Notes: a model not told the origin generated them from the letters alone. A stretch of DNA of 64,000 nucleotides from Alphaproteobacteria bacterium (GCA_964291215.2 OZ219791.1:1280001-1344000); one strand, 5' to 3'; counted from the stretch's first letter, positions 10,156-21,103 are shown. Numbers and translations: made by a program.

Positions 10156-11555
10156 CTGCCCGCGCCTCCCGACGCGGCTTCGATGAAGTGCTGCACGGCT
10201 CCGAGATCGTTGGGGAGAACGGCAAAGCGTTCCTCGCGCTCGAACAGGTCGGCCATGCGCGCCGGCAGTCCGGGGTGCTGGCCGGTCGCCGATTCGACAG
10301 CCTCCGGAAACTTCGCGGGATGCGCGGTGGCGAGGCACACCATCGGGGTCTCCGGATTGCCGCGGCATCTGCGGGCCGCCGCCCAGCCGATCGCGCTGTG
10401 GGGATCGAGGAGTTCGCCCGTCCGCTCGAAGGCTTCCTTCATGACGCGCAGGGTCTCGGCGTCGTCGAAACGCGCCGCGGCGAATTTTCGACGCGCCTCG
10501 GCGAATCGGGAATCGTCGACCGCGACACTGCCGTGTTCGCGGAAATCGGCCATCCAGCGGCCGACGGCGTCGCCGTCGCCGTCGAACATGTCGTACAGCA
10601 GGCGCTCGAAGTTGCTCGAGATCTGGATGTCCATGCTCGGCGAGATCGTCGGCTCGACGCCGACCAGCGCCATCTCGCCGGTCTCGAAGAACCGGAACAG
10701 GATGTCGTTGCGGTTCGTGCCGATCACCAGCCGGTCCACCGGCAGGCCCGATTTCCAGGCGGCCCAGCCTGCCAAGACGTTGCCGAAATTCCCCGTCGGC
10801 ACCGCGAAGCTGACCGCGCGGTCGGGCGCACCGAGGCGGACCGCGGCGACGACATAGTAGACGATCTGAGCCATGACCCGGGCCCAGTTGATGGAATTGA
10901 CCGCCGACAGCCGGTGGGCGTCGCGAAAGACGGAATCGCCGAACATTGCCTTGACCAGGTCCTGGCAGTCGTCAAAGGTTCCCCGGATCGCAATCGCATG
11001 GACATTGTCGGAGGCGACTGTCGTTATCTGGCGGCGCTGGACGTCGGACACCCGCCCCTCCGGGAAGAGGATGAAGATGTCGAGGTTGGCGCGGTCCCGG
11101 CAGGCCTCGATGGCGGCCGAACCGGTATCGCCCGACGTCGCGCCGACGATCGTCACCCGCTCGCAGCGGCGGGCCAGGATATCGTCGAACATGCGCCCGA
11201 CGAGTTGCAGCGCGTAATCCTTGAATGCCAGCGTCGGGCCGTGGAACAGTTCCATAAGCCAAGTGTTTGCGCCGAGCTGCCTGAGGGGTGCGATGGCGGG
11301 ATGGCCGAAATCCCGGTAGGTGTCGGCCACCATGCGCACGAGGTGGTCGTCGGGGATGGTGCCGTCGACGAAGGGCCGGATGACCCGGCAGGCGATTTCC
11401 GGATAGTCGAGACCGGCCATCGCCCTCAGTTCGGACGGCCCGAACTCCGGCCATTGCGATGGCACGTAGAGGCCGCCATCGTCGGCGAGGCCGGCTAGCA
11501 GGACATCGTCGAAGGCGAGAGCGGGCGAGTTGCCGCGCGTGGAGTTATATTTCAC
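10152..11555 (-). CDS. thrC: Threonine synthase
   Basis: ELFHGPTLAFKD, ATSGDTGSAA, NSINWAR and VPTGNFGN motifs. Confidence 0.97.
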   Translation of the reverse strand: MKYNSTRGNSPALAFDDVLLAGLADDGGLYVPSQWPEFGPSELRAMAGLDYPEIACRVIRPFVDGTIPDDHLVRMVADTYRDFGHPAIAPLRQLGANTWLMELFHGPTLAFKDYALQLVGRMFDDILARRCERVTIVGATSGDTGSAAIEACRDRANLDIFILFPEGRVSDVQRRQITTVASDNVHAIAIRGTFDDCQDLVKAMFGDSVFRDAHRLSAVNSINWARVMAQIVYYVVAAVRLGAPDRAVSFAVPTGNFGNVLAGWAAWKSGLPVDRLVIGTNRNDILFRFFETGEMALVGVEPTISPSMDIQISSNFERLLYDMFDGDGDAVGRWMADFREHGSVAVDDSRFAEARRKFAAARFDDAETLRVMKEAFERTGELLDPHSAIGWAAARRCRGNPETPMVCLATAHPAKFPEAVESATGQHPGLPARMADLFEREERFAVLPNDLGAVQHFIEAASGGAGS

Positions 11556-11622
11556 GAAGGGATCCTCGACCGCGGCGGCCAGTCTAGTCCGACCGTTGTC
11601 CGAGTCAAACCGGACGCGGCCC

Positions 11623-13578
11623 CTCTCAAAGTATCAGACTTCTATAGGTGATTGGTTTCGTGCATGCTGCAGGTCGGTCTCCGCCATTTCGATTCACGGA
11701 CACCTGACTGGTTCGCTGGCGCGTTGTGCTCTGCCGACGCCACCCGTCACGGTCTGGCTCGCGAGCTTTGCGAGCGCACCGGCTGGCGCAACGCGCCTGG
11801 TCGTCCGTGCCTGTCGGCGGCAGGTGCTGCCGGCGCTCGCCGAGCGCGTGGGTCTCGAGCTGCCGCGGCGCGTCCCCGATCGTCGTGCCCGCCGTCCCGT
11901 CCGATGACGCTCGCCTGCCTGCTGCAGGATCTCGGCCCGGTCTCGCCGGTGGGCGGCACCGACGATCGCCGGCTCCGGGAGGCGATGATGGCGACGCACC
12001 ACCCGCCGGGACGGGCGCCCCGGCGGCCAGATGCGGGTCCGCCACCACGGCACGCGGCTTCGGGTCCGCAACCTGGCGGGCGCGGGACAAGTGGATGGTC
12101 TGCCGACGCCCGCGCCGCCAACATCAGGCGCGTGATCTGCCATCATCGGTTTCTTCCCGGCGTCCGGGTCTGCGGGCTGGGGTCCTGCGCATGGCGGCGG
12201 AGCGCGTCGCCGACGACCGGGAGGCCCGCGGTGCGTCCAGTGGCGGCCTGTACTCATGTCGGCGCGGAGCGGTTACCGCTGCCACTGCGCCGGCCGGACT
12301 GTCGCCGGGCGCGGGCGCCGCGGCGAGGGGTCCTGGCGCTGGAGAGCGGCTGGCGCTCCAGGAGACAGGGCGACATCCACTCGGCGCCCTGACGGGCGCC
12401 TGTGACGGCACTGACGCGGACCGGGAGTACGGGCCGACGGGCGGCGGCCATCGTTGACATGGGCCCGGATGGAGAACATGGGGGAGGATCTGCCGGTCAT
12501 CTTTCCGGAGAAGGCGGAGCAGAAGGCCGCCTGCTGTCGAACCCGAGGATCTCCATGGAGCACGTTCTGGAGGCGCATGTCGAGGCGCCCGTCGAGCGTT
12601 GTCGGACAGAGCCTCTTGCGATACAGGACACGACGGCACTCAACTGCAGCGGCCCGGGGTCGACGAAGGGTCCGGACGGGGGCGGCAAGGGGAGTGTCGG
12701 CATTCTCGCCGGTCTGGCGGTGACGCCGGAGGGCCGGCCCCCGGGCCTGATGGACGCGGCCTTCCGGCAGGAGCCTGGGGAGGACAGCCGGCGCCGGGCG
12801 GGCACGGGAGCCCGCGGCGGCCTGCCCGGACACGCGGGTGGTCTGCGAGGGCGACTTCCGGGAGCTGCGGACACCGGGACCGCGCTGCTGGTGCGCGCGA
12901 GCCAGCGCGTGCGGACGGCAACGAGGCGTGCCTGCGGGAGCATGTCGCGGCCCGTGACGGAGCTGACGATCCCGGCGGCCCGCGCGCCCGCAAGGAGCGC
13001 GTTGTCCGTCTCGAGATCCGCACAGGTGGCGCCGCCGCACCGCGAGGGCGACGCCTGTTTCCATGTTTGCGGCCAGCGAGACGGCGACGAGGCGCTGCTG
13101 ACCACCGAGCGCCCGGCGCAAGCGGAGGCCGTGCATGCGGCGACCGGCTGGTACCGGACGCGCATCGAGACCTGGTTCCGCACGCTGAAGACCCGGATCA
13201 AGGACCGCCGGCGGGCCGACGACCTGAAGAAGTGCCTCGCCGTCCATGTCCTGACCGTCCTCGCGCGGGAGCATCCCTCGACCTCGGCGAGCGAGGTGTT
13301 TGCGGAGGAGGACATCGGCCTGCTCCACACGCTGCCGGAAGCGCAGGGTCATCGCAACGTCGTGAGGATGGCGGACGGGAAGGCGCCCGACATCAGGGCG
13401 GTGGTCATCGATCTCGGACGCCTCGTCGGATCGCATCTTGCCGCCCGGCAATCGCTCCCGGGAACGAAGAAGGTCTGGCGGGGTCTCGAGCGGCTGCACC
13501 GGGCGATCCAAGTGCGCGACGCACTCGGCGAGAGAAGGCGGGAATGAGATACCTAATATAAGTGTGGGATGTTGAAAG
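11623..13578 (+). mobile_element. IS4-family (Tn5-like, DUF4338-fused) element, both ends present, transposase shredded
   Basis: Perfect 9-bp TSD ACGCGGCCC (11614-11622 and 13579-13587); imperfect TIRs; motifs LAIQDTT, WYRTR.IETWFRTLKT and PGTKKVWRG in shifting frames. Confidence 0.88.
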
Positions 13579-13711
13579 ACGCGGCCCCTGCCGCCGGGCG
13601 AAACCTCGCGGGCCGCCGCGTGGCCGGATCCCCGGGGCGCGGCGCAGCAGCGCCGCCGGAGAGAAGCTCTCCTGTGGCGCCTTTTCCCTGTCCGGCCGGT
13701 ATCTGCGGGCC

Positions 13712-14218
13712 CTAGCGCCGCCAGTGGCGACCCTTCCGGCCCAGCGAATCGAGCGCCTTCCGCTGGCCCTCGTCAAGGGACCCGTAGAACTTCGCGAAAG
13801 CCGGCCGAACACTCCGCATGGCCTCGAGCCTGGCCGCCAGCATGTTCTCCCTGCGCTCGAGCCTCGCCAGCACCGTCGTCGGGCGTTCCTCCTCGACCAG
13901 CGCTTCGCAGGCCTGGCGGAGGCCGGCTTTCGCTGCTTCGCCCGCCTTCCTGAAATTGGTCCAGGCTGCCTTCTGGGCATCGTCGAGAACGGCGAGGCCC
14001 TCGACGACCGCTGCCATCCGCTCCATGGGCCAGCCTGCCTGCCTGCTGCAGAAACGGGCGTGCCGGCTGGCGCGGCGGTCGGCCTTTGCCGCCGAGGCCG
14101 CCGACCCGCCAGCGCCGGTCTCGGTAGCGGGTTGCGCATGTCCGTCCGGGATGCTGGCCGCTCCGGCGAACAGCAGCGCCGGGATCAGCAGGTAGGCAAA
14201 TGTCCTTGCAGTCTTCAT
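13712..14218 (-). CDS. Spy/CpxP-like (LTXXQ) periplasmic protein
   Basis: Signal peptide; LDDAQKAAW and FYGSLDEGQRK repeats; divergent from a two-component system. Confidence 0.75.
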   Translation of the reverse strand: MKTARTFAYLLIPALLFAGAASIPDGHAQPATETGAGGSAASAAKADRRASRHARFCSRQAGWPMERMAAVVEGLAVLDDAQKAAWTNFRKAGEAAKAGLRQACEALVEEERPTTVLARLERRENMLAARLEAMRSVRPAFAKFYGSLDEGQRKALDSLGRKGRHWRR

Positions 14219-14320
14219 CGCGGTCTTCTCCTGTCTGATGCCCCGCGAGGGGGTGTTTCAACGACCCGTGCATGCTGCCATGCAGATGTTGCCGGAGTAT
14301 TTCAGGTCGACCGATTTCGG

Positions 14321-14340
14321 ATAACAAATTGTAACGGTGT
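14321..14340. promoter_or_regulatory. Possible OmpR-family direct-repeat operator
   Basis: ATAACAAATT-GTAACGGTGT (10-bp period) in an AT-rich patch of the divergent promoter region. Confidence 0.35.
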
Positions 14341-14431
14341 ACGGAACGCGTCCGTGATCGGCTATGCTCCGTTCCTGCTCCCGGGTCGCTGCCGGGGGAC
14401 GGACCGCAGACGCATCACCGGACGACTCCAC

Positions 14432-15142
14432 ATGACCAGACGGCCCCATCTTCTCATCGTCGACGATGACCACGAGATCCGGTCGCTGCTGTCACGTTTT
14501 CTCGCCCGCCATGGCTTTCGGGTCGCGACCGTGGCGAACGGCAGCGATTCGCCGTGGGAGACGCGGACGTTCGACCTCATAATCCTCGACTTGATGCTGC
14601 CCGGCGAGGACGGCCTTGCGATCTGCCGCCGCATCCGGCGCGAGAGCAGCGTACCGATCATCATGCTGACGGCGCTCGACACCGATACCGATCGCATCAT
14701 CGGGCTTGAGGTCGGCGCCGACGACTATCTCGCCAAGCCGTTCAATCCGCGCGAGCTTCTCGCCCGCATTCGGGCGGTGCTGCGGCGTGCGGAAAACGCG
14801 GTTGTTGCGGAGGAAAGTCAAGACGGCATCTATGGCTTCGAGGGCTGGGCTCTCGACAGCGGGCGGCGCACGCTCCACGATCCCGACGGTGAGCCCGTGG
14901 CGCTGACCGCCGGGGAGTTCGACCTCCTCGCCGCGCTTGTTCACCGCGCCGACCGTATCGTGAGCCGTGAACAGTTGATGGACATTCTCCATGGCCGCGA
15001 GGCCGGACCGTTCGACCGCAGCATCGATGTCCAGATAAGCCGCCTCAGGGGCAAGATAGAGAAATCCCCGTCCGAACCGCAGCTTGTCAAGACGGTCCGC
15101 GGCCAGGGCTACGTGATTGCCGCACGGGTCACGCGGTCATGA
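14432..15142 (+). CDS. OmpR-family response regulator
   Basis: LIVDDD, LDLMLPGEDG, GADDYLAKPF, DRSIDVQISRLR and TVRGQGY motifs. Confidence 0.95.
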   Translation: MTRRPHLLIVDDDHEIRSLLSRFLARHGFRVATVANGSDSPWETRTFDLIILDLMLPGEDGLAICRRIRRESSVPIIMLTALDTDTDRIIGLEVGADDYLAKPFNPRELLARIRAVLRRAENAVVAEESQDGIYGFEGWALDSGRRTLHDPDGEPVALTAGEFDLLAALVHRADRIVSREQLMDILHGREAGPFDRSIDVQISRLRGKIEKSPSEPQLVKTVRGQGYVIAARVTRS

Positions 15143-16524
15143 GTCGGCGATCGCACGGCAGGCGCTTGGTCCCCCAGGGGCTGGCAAGCTGGCTCAGCCT
15201 TTTGCTGGTCGCCGCGGTGGCGGCGACGGCGTCGTTCGGGCTTGCGGTCTGGTGGATACAGGACAGCCGGCTCGCGGGCATCGGGGCCGACCGGAAGATG
15301 CTCCAGCGGATCGTCGCGCGGGTCGTGCCGGCGGTACTGCTCCTCGAGCGGACCGAACCGCAGGACCGGCAGCGGCTGCTCGATGCGGTCAGCGGCCGCC
15401 CGCTCCGCATCCAGCTGCATTCCGGGAGTTTGCCGGAGACGCTTCCCGGTGTCCCGGCCACTCCGGAACTCGACCGGTTCGTCCGGTCTCGGCTCGGGCC
15501 GCTCGCCGGGCGCGATGTCGGGATCTGGGCTCATCGCGGCGGCGGCGACAGGTTCTACCGGCGGCCCGGCCTGCGGCTCGCGATTCCGCTGGCCTCCGGC
15601 GGCTGGGCCGAGGTCGGCATCCGGCCCGTCCGGCGGCGGCCGGGTCCGGTATTCCTGATCTGGCTCGGCGCGACCGCGATCCTCGTCGGCCTGTCCGCGG
15701 CATGGGCCGGGTGGCGCCTTACGAGGCCGCTCAGCCGGCTCGCCGAAGCGACGGAACGCTTCAACCTCGACGGTGAGGAGAATCCGCTCCCCGAGACCGG
15801 TCCGCGCGAAGTGCGCAACGCGGCCTACGCCTTCAACCGCATGACGGTACGGATCCGCCGCCTGGTCGAGGAGCGGACACTTCTTCTCGCTGCGCTGTCC
15901 CACGATCTCAAGACCTTCCTGACGCGGCTGAGACTGCGCATGGAAATGGTCGAGGACCCGGAACAGCGCCGGAAGGGTATCTCCGACATAGCGGAAATGC
16001 AGTCGGTGCTCGATGCGACGCTCGGGCTCGCGCGCGACGAGACTCGGGGCGAAAGGCCGGTGGCGGTCGATCTCGCAGGCCTGCTTCGCACCGTCGCCGA
16101 GCGCCACCGGGAACTCGGCCGGAAGGTGTCCTACCACGGGCCGGAGCAGCTTGCGTTCCACGGCCGTGCGACCGCGCTCGGCCGGTGTTTCGAGAATCTC
16201 GTCGACAACGCGGTGAAGTATGGCGGCGAGGCCGAGATTCTGCTCGAGCGTGAGGACGGTGGCGCCGTCGTCAGGATCCGGGATCGCGGTCCCGGAATAG
16301 CGCCCGAACACCGGGAGGCGGTGCTGGCACCGTTCTTCCGGCTCGAATCCTCGCGCAGTCGCGACACCGGAGGCGTAGGGCTCGGGCTCGCCGTCGCCCG
16401 CACGGTGGTCGACCGCCACGGCGGCACGCTGTTGCTGGAAGACCGCGATGGTGGCGGGCTTGAAGTGTTGGTGATGCTGCCCCAGCAGATGCGGCGGCCG
16501 ACAGCTGACAGCGGCGCGGATTGA
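15139..16524 (+). CDS. EnvZ-like sensor histidine kinase with HAMP domain
   Basis: Two TM segments; LSHDLKT H-box, NLVDNAVKYG, DRGPGI and GLGLA. Confidence 0.93.
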   Translation: MSRRSHGRRLVPQGLASWLSLLLVAAVAATASFGLAVWWIQDSRLAGIGADRKMLQRIVARVVPAVLLLERTEPQDRQRLLDAVSGRPLRIQLHSGSLPETLPGVPATPELDRFVRSRLGPLAGRDVGIWAHRGGGDRFYRRPGLRLAIPLASGGWAEVGIRPVRRRPGPVFLIWLGATAILVGLSAAWAGWRLTRPLSRLAEATERFNLDGEENPLPETGPREVRNAAYAFNRMTVRIRRLVEERTLLLAALSHDLKTFLTRLRLRMEMVEDPEQRRKGISDIAEMQSVLDATLGLARDETRGERPVAVDLAGLLRTVAERHRELGRKVSYHGPEQLAFHGRATALGRCFENLVDNAVKYGGEAEILLEREDGGAVVRIRDRGPGIAPEHREAVLAPFFRLESSRSRDTGGVGLGLAVARTVVDRHGGTLLLEDRDGGGLEVLVMLPQQMRRPTADSGAD

Positions 16525-16695
16525 CCGGGCATCGCGGACCCGTCAGCCAAGGGTGCCGTCGGCGCCGGGGTCGGACGGGTCCGGCCGGCGCAGCGTCCGC
16601 CGCCGGGGAGTTGGGGCCGATTGTCGGCGAGCCCTGCGCCGGTGCTGTCGTCGGGCGAACCGTGGACGCGGCGCCGCGTCCGGGATGACGAGGTC

Positions 16696-17892
16696 ATGTC
16701 GCGTGACCGCGTCAGCTTCCTTTTTCTCAATGTCGGGCACTTCCTCGACCACCTGTTCATGTTGATCTTCGCGACGGTCGCCGCGCTGCGGCTGGCCGGG
16801 GAGTGGGGGATGAACTACGCGGAGCTCATCCCCTACGCGACGCCCGGATTCGTCGCCTTCGGGATCTGCGCCATCCCCGCCGGGTGGATCGCCGACAAGT
16901 GGAGCCGCGAGGCCATGATGGTTGTCTTCTTCTCCGGCATCGGGGCGAGCTCGATCGTAACGGCGCTCGCGGACACCCCTGTCGGGATCGTGCTCGGACT
17001 GTTCGCGATCGGCGTTTTCGCCGCGATCTACCATCCGGTCGCACTCGCACTGGTGGTGCAGGGCCGAGAGAAGCCGGGCATTCCGCTTGCGATCAATGGC
17101 GTGTTCGGCAATTTCGGAGCTGCGGTGGCGGCGCTGCTGACCGGTTGGCTGATTGATACCGGCGGCTGGCGCAGCGCGTTCGTCCTGCCGGGTGCGGTCG
17201 CCATCGGCGTCGCCTATGCCACCTTCCTGTGGACGGGACGCAGCAGGACCGTTCCGCCCGGCAGGGGCGGGAAGACCGCCGGCCCGGCCGCCGCCTCGCC
17301 GGTCGGGCGCGCGGTGTTTCTTAGCGTGCTCTCGGTCGTCGTGTTCACGACCGCGATCGGCGGGCTGATATTTCAGAGCACGACCTTCGCGTTGCCCAAG
17401 ATCTTCGATGAACGGCTGGCCGGGCTGGCGGGGTCCGCAACCGCGGTCGGCGGCTATGTGTTCCTGGTGTTTGCGGTGGCGGCGCTCGCTCAACTCGCGG
17501 TGGGCTATCTCGTCGACCGCTACCCGATGCGCACCGTGTTCACGGTCGTCGCCGGGCTTCAGGCGCTCCTGTTTGCGGTCATGTACGAACTCACGGGGAT
17601 TGCCGCACTCGTCGTCGCGCCTGCCTTCATGCTCGCAGTGTTCGGGCAGATCCCCATCAACGACGTGCTCGTGGTGCGGATCGCGAGCAGCGCGTGGCGC
17701 AGCCGCCTTTACGCCATTCACTACATCGTAACCTTCTCGGTGATGGCCTCGGCCCTGCCGCTGATCGAGGGGATTCATGCGAGCCGTGGGTTCCAGGCGC
17801 TGTTCGTGGCGATGGCGGCGGGCGGCATCTTGGCCGCGGCCCTGATACTGCCCCGCGCCGGCGGTCCGGCCCCGCAGCCCGCCGGTGGATGA
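16696..17892 (+). CDS. MFS transporter
   Basis: About 12 hydrophobic segments; GWIADKWSR and GYLVDRY motif A; AIYHP. Confidence 0.88.
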   Translation: MSRDRVSFLFLNVGHFLDHLFMLIFATVAALRLAGEWGMNYAELIPYATPGFVAFGICAIPAGWIADKWSREAMMVVFFSGIGASSIVTALADTPVGIVLGLFAIGVFAAIYHPVALALVVQGREKPGIPLAINGVFGNFGAAVAALLTGWLIDTGGWRSAFVLPGAVAIGVAYATFLWTGRSRTVPPGRGGKTAGPAAASPVGRAVFLSVLSVVVFTTAIGGLIFQSTTFALPKIFDERLAGLAGSATAVGGYVFLVFAVAALAQLAVGYLVDRYPMRTVFTVVAGLQALLFAVMYELTGIAALVVAPAFMLAVFGQIPINDVLVVRIASSAWRSRLYAIHYIVTFSVMASALPLIEGIHASRGFQALFVAMAAGGILAAALILPRAGGPAPQPAGG

Positions 17893-18020
17893 TGGCGCTC
17901 CCGGGGACCGGCGGTCCGGCCTGCCGACGACCGGATGCTGCGGCGCCGTCAACCGGATCCGCAGCGGTTCCCACCGGGCCTCGTCCGTTCTAGTCTTGCC
18001 GCGGTCGGGAAGGAGAGGCG

Positions 18021-18923
18021 ATGCGCACGACACGCCGGGCAATGCTGGCAGGGGCGGGCGCCGTGCTTGCCGCGCCAGCGTTCGGCGCGGCGGCCGGAAA
18101 GGCGCTTTCGAAGCGCATTCCGGCGACCGGGGAACCCATCCCGGCCGTCGGGATCGGCAGCTGGATCACCTTCAACGTCGGCGATGATCCGTTGCTGCGC
18201 GTCGAATGCCGCGCGGTGATGTCTGCCTTTTTCGAGGCTGGCGGCGGCATCGTCGATTCCTCGCCAATGTACGGTTCGTCGCAGGAGGTGATTGGCGACG
18301 CGCTGGCGAGGCTGAGGCGTCCGCGGGGCCTGTTCTCCGCCGACAAGGTATGGACCCGGGCCCCCTCCGGACCGGCGCAGATTGCGGAAACGGCGCGGCG
18401 CTGGGGTGTGGAACGTTTCGACTTGCTGCAGGTCCACAATCTGGTCGACTGGGAAAGGAATCTCGACATCCTCGCCGCCATGAAGGAGGCTGGCCTGGTG
18501 CGCTATACGGGGGTCACCACCTCGCACGGGCGCCGGCACGGGGCGCTCGAGGAGATCATGCGACGCCGTCCGCCGGACTTCATTCAGCTCACCTACAACA
18601 TCGTGGACCGGGAGGCGGAACGGCGTCTGCTGCCGCTCGCCCTGGAACTCGGGATCGCGGTCATCTGCAACCGGCCCTTCCGGCGCGGTCGATTGCCCGA
18701 CCGGCTTGCCGGCCATCCGCTCCCTGGCTGGGCGAGGGAAATCGGCGCGTCCACCTGGCCGCAGTTCCTCCTGAAGTTCATTCTGTCCCACCCCGCGGTG
18801 ACGGCAGCCATCCCCGCGACCCGGCGAGTCGACCACCTGCGGGAAAACAAGTCCGCTGCCTTCGGCCCGATGCCGGACGCGGCCATGAGCCGGCGCATGG
18901 CGGAGCATGTGCGCGCGCTGTAG
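18021..18923 (+). CDS. Aldo/keto reductase with Tat-like signal
   Basis: TRRAML; DSSPMYGSS, DLLQVHNL and IPAT motifs. Confidence 0.88.
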   Translation: MRTTRRAMLAGAGAVLAAPAFGAAAGKALSKRIPATGEPIPAVGIGSWITFNVGDDPLLRVECRAVMSAFFEAGGGIVDSSPMYGSSQEVIGDALARLRRPRGLFSADKVWTRAPSGPAQIAETARRWGVERFDLLQVHNLVDWERNLDILAAMKEAGLVRYTGVTTSHGRRHGALEEIMRRRPPDFIQLTYNIVDREAERRLLPLALELGIAVICNRPFRRGRLPDRLAGHPLPGWAREIGASTWPQFLLKFILSHPAVTAAIPATRRVDHLRENKSAAFGPMPDAAMSRRMAEHVRAL

Positions 18924-18959
18924 GGCCGCGCCGCCGGGGACGGCATAGAGAGGCCCGCA

Positions 18960-19628
18960 ATGGCAGGAAGCTGGGCGCTGGAGGACTTTCTGCCATTCTC
19001 GCCGCAGGCCTACTGGCGACTGTTCGCGCTGGAGAACGAGGCGGTCTGGCCGGCCCAGCTACTGCTGGTGACGGCGGGGGCGCTGCTCGTCCTCTTGCTG
19101 CTGCGGGGCAGGCAGCCTTCCTTTCGGTGGCTTGGCCCGGCGCTCGGAGCGGCCTGGATCTGGGCCGGCTGGCAGTTCGTGGCGATGCGCTACGGCACGC
19201 TTAACTGGGCCGCGCCGACGCTTGCCTGGGGATTCTACGCCGAAGGCGCGCTCCTGGCGGCGCTCGGCCTCTCGGGGCGGCCGGCATTCGCCGCACGGGA
19301 GAAATCCCGGGCGGGCATCGGGCTTGTCGCGGCGGCGCTTCTGGTCTGGCCGGTCCTGGCACCTCTCGACGGGCGGCCGTGGCGCGAGGCGGAGGTGTTC
19401 GCGGTCGCGCCCGACCCGACCGCGGCCGCCACGCTCGCCCTGCTTGCGCTCGCCGCGCGCGGCAAGTGGAGCACGCTCCTCTGCGTCGCTCCGGTGCTGT
19501 GGCTTGCAGCCTCCGCGCTCACGCTCCTCACCATGGGCGCCTGGCAAGGCTGGGCGGTGCTTGCGGTCCTGCTCGCCGGCGTCGCCGCCTGCGCCCTGCT
19601 GCGGAAAGGGACCACGGACGGCTCGTGA
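18960..19628 (+). CDS. Membrane protein, DUF6064-like
   Basis: LPFSPQAYWRLF..N.AVWP and APDPTA.ATL motifs; multiple TM segments. Confidence 0.65.
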   Translation: MAGSWALEDFLPFSPQAYWRLFALENEAVWPAQLLLVTAGALLVLLLLRGRQPSFRWLGPALGAAWIWAGWQFVAMRYGTLNWAAPTLAWGFYAEGALLAALGLSGRPAFAAREKSRAGIGLVAAALLVWPVLAPLDGRPWREAEVFAVAPDPTAAATLALLALAARGKWSTLLCVAPVLWLAASALTLLTMGAWQGWAVLAVLLAGVAACALLRKGTTDGS

Positions 19629-19663
19629 ACGCCGCCAATTCCCTCGTGAACGCCGCCAATTCC
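19622..19663. repeat. 21-bp perfect tandem duplication
   Basis: CTCGTGAACGCCGCCAATTCC x2 over the stop codon, followed by the ISAs1-end-like CCCACGCTGCATTC at 19674. Confidence 0.85.
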
Positions 19664-20012
19664 CAAGACTTTCCCCACGCTGCATTCGATCTTGCCAACT
19701 GCTGATGGAGGGAGGTTGTACAGGCTCGACCCTCCTGGGTTTTCTGGCCGCGGGGCCGTCCACGGGTCGCCGCAGCCGGAAAACCTGGCAAGAATGCGGA
19801 AATTTGTGCTCCGTTCAGCGGTCATTCAAAACACCAACCACAGCATGAGAAAGTCCTGCGCCAATTCCCGGCCCCGGTTGCCCGAGCGCGGGCGCCCGGA
19901 TAGAGTTACGGGCGAACTGCGGAACCTGTCGCGCATGCCCGCCCCGGAGGGGCGGCGCGTCGGTGGCGATGCGGCCGTCCGCAACAGCTGAAACGGATTC
20001 TGGGAGGCAACG

Positions 20013-21017
20013 ATGAAAGTGAATATCAGCCAGATCGCCGCGGTGGTTTGCGGGGCCGCGCTGCTGCTTGCGCCGGTTGCGGCGTTCGCGGAGACGATCA
20101 TGAAGATCGGTTTCGTGACGATCAATGACGGCCAGCACAAATCCGCGAACTGGATTCAGAAGGAAGTCGAGAAGCGGACCGGCGGCTCGATCAAGGTCAA
20201 GGTCTTTCCGGCCGCGCAGCTCGGCAAGATCCCGCGCCAGATCGAGGGCGTCCTGTTGGGCACCCAGGAGGCGTTCATCTCGCCGCCCGGATTCTTCGTC
20301 GGCCTCAACAAGGCGTTCATGGCCCCCGACGCGCCCGGCCTGTTCAAGGATTTCGCGCACCAGACGGCGGTTTTGAACCACCCGAAGGTCCGCGACAAAT
20401 TCCTCAATCTCGGAACCTCGAAGGGCGTCACCGGGGCCTATGTCGTGTGTGCCGGCTCTTCGGCGCTTGCCATGCGCGATCCGGTGCGCAAGCTCGCCGA
20501 CGTCCAGGGCAAGAAGATCCGGGTGCTGGCCTCGCCCATGGAGGTCGCGATCATGAGGCAGCTCAAGGCGGCGGGTACCCCGATGGCATATTCCGAGGTT
20601 CTTCCGGCAATCCAGCGCCGCGTGCTCGACGGTGCGAGCTCTGCGATCGTGGTCATGGGGCCGTCGAAATTCTACACCGCGGCGAAGTACCTCACGCCGA
20701 CCAACTTCACCTTCATCCCGAGCGCGATGTGGACCAGCGCCAGGTGGCTTGCCAAGCTCTCCGAGAAGGAGCGCGACATCCTCATGCAGGTCGGCCGTGA
20801 GGTGACGCCGATGGCCAACAAGTGGTCGGAGGACGACACCGCGAAGTGGGAGAAGAAATGGGGCGAGGAGGGCGGCACCGTGATCCGGCTCGACGAGAAG
20901 GAGCGTCTCGCGGCGCTCGAGAAGCTGCGACCCCTCGGCGACGAGATCTTCCTCAAGGATCCCGCCATCGCGCCGATGTACAAGCTGCTGAAGGCAGTGG
21001 CCAAGGAAACGATGTAG
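20013..21017 (+). CDS. dctP: TRAP transporter solute-binding protein (DctP family)
   Basis: Signal peptide; IKVKVFPAAQLG, GKKIRV and PMAYSEVLPAIQRRVLDG motifs. Confidence 0.9.
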   Translation: MKVNISQIAAVVCGAALLLAPVAAFAETIMKIGFVTINDGQHKSANWIQKEVEKRTGGSIKVKVFPAAQLGKIPRQIEGVLLGTQEAFISPPGFFVGLNKAFMAPDAPGLFKDFAHQTAVLNHPKVRDKFLNLGTSKGVTGAYVVCAGSSALAMRDPVRKLADVQGKKIRVLASPMEVAIMRQLKAAGTPMAYSEVLPAIQRRVLDGASSAIVVMGPSKFYTAAKYLTPTNFTFIPSAMWTSARWLAKLSEKERDILMQVGREVTPMANKWSEDDTAKWEKKWGEEGGTVIRLDEKERLAALEKLRPLGDEIFLKDPAIAPMYKLLKAVAKETM

Positions 21018-21103
21018 CCTGCCGGTTCCGCTGGAAGCGGAGGGTCGGCCCGCTGGTCCTCCGCGACTGCGGAGCCTCAATCCTTGCGGCGGACGGCTGC
21101 CGG

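Noticed and set aside
11623-13578. Programmed frameshifting to explain the broken transposases
   Set aside because: There are too many breaks, and conserved residues are physically missing.
13562-14431. N-terminal extension of the response regulator (526-aa ORF)
   Set aside because: It overlaps the divergent Spy-like gene; the receiver domain starts at ATG 14432.
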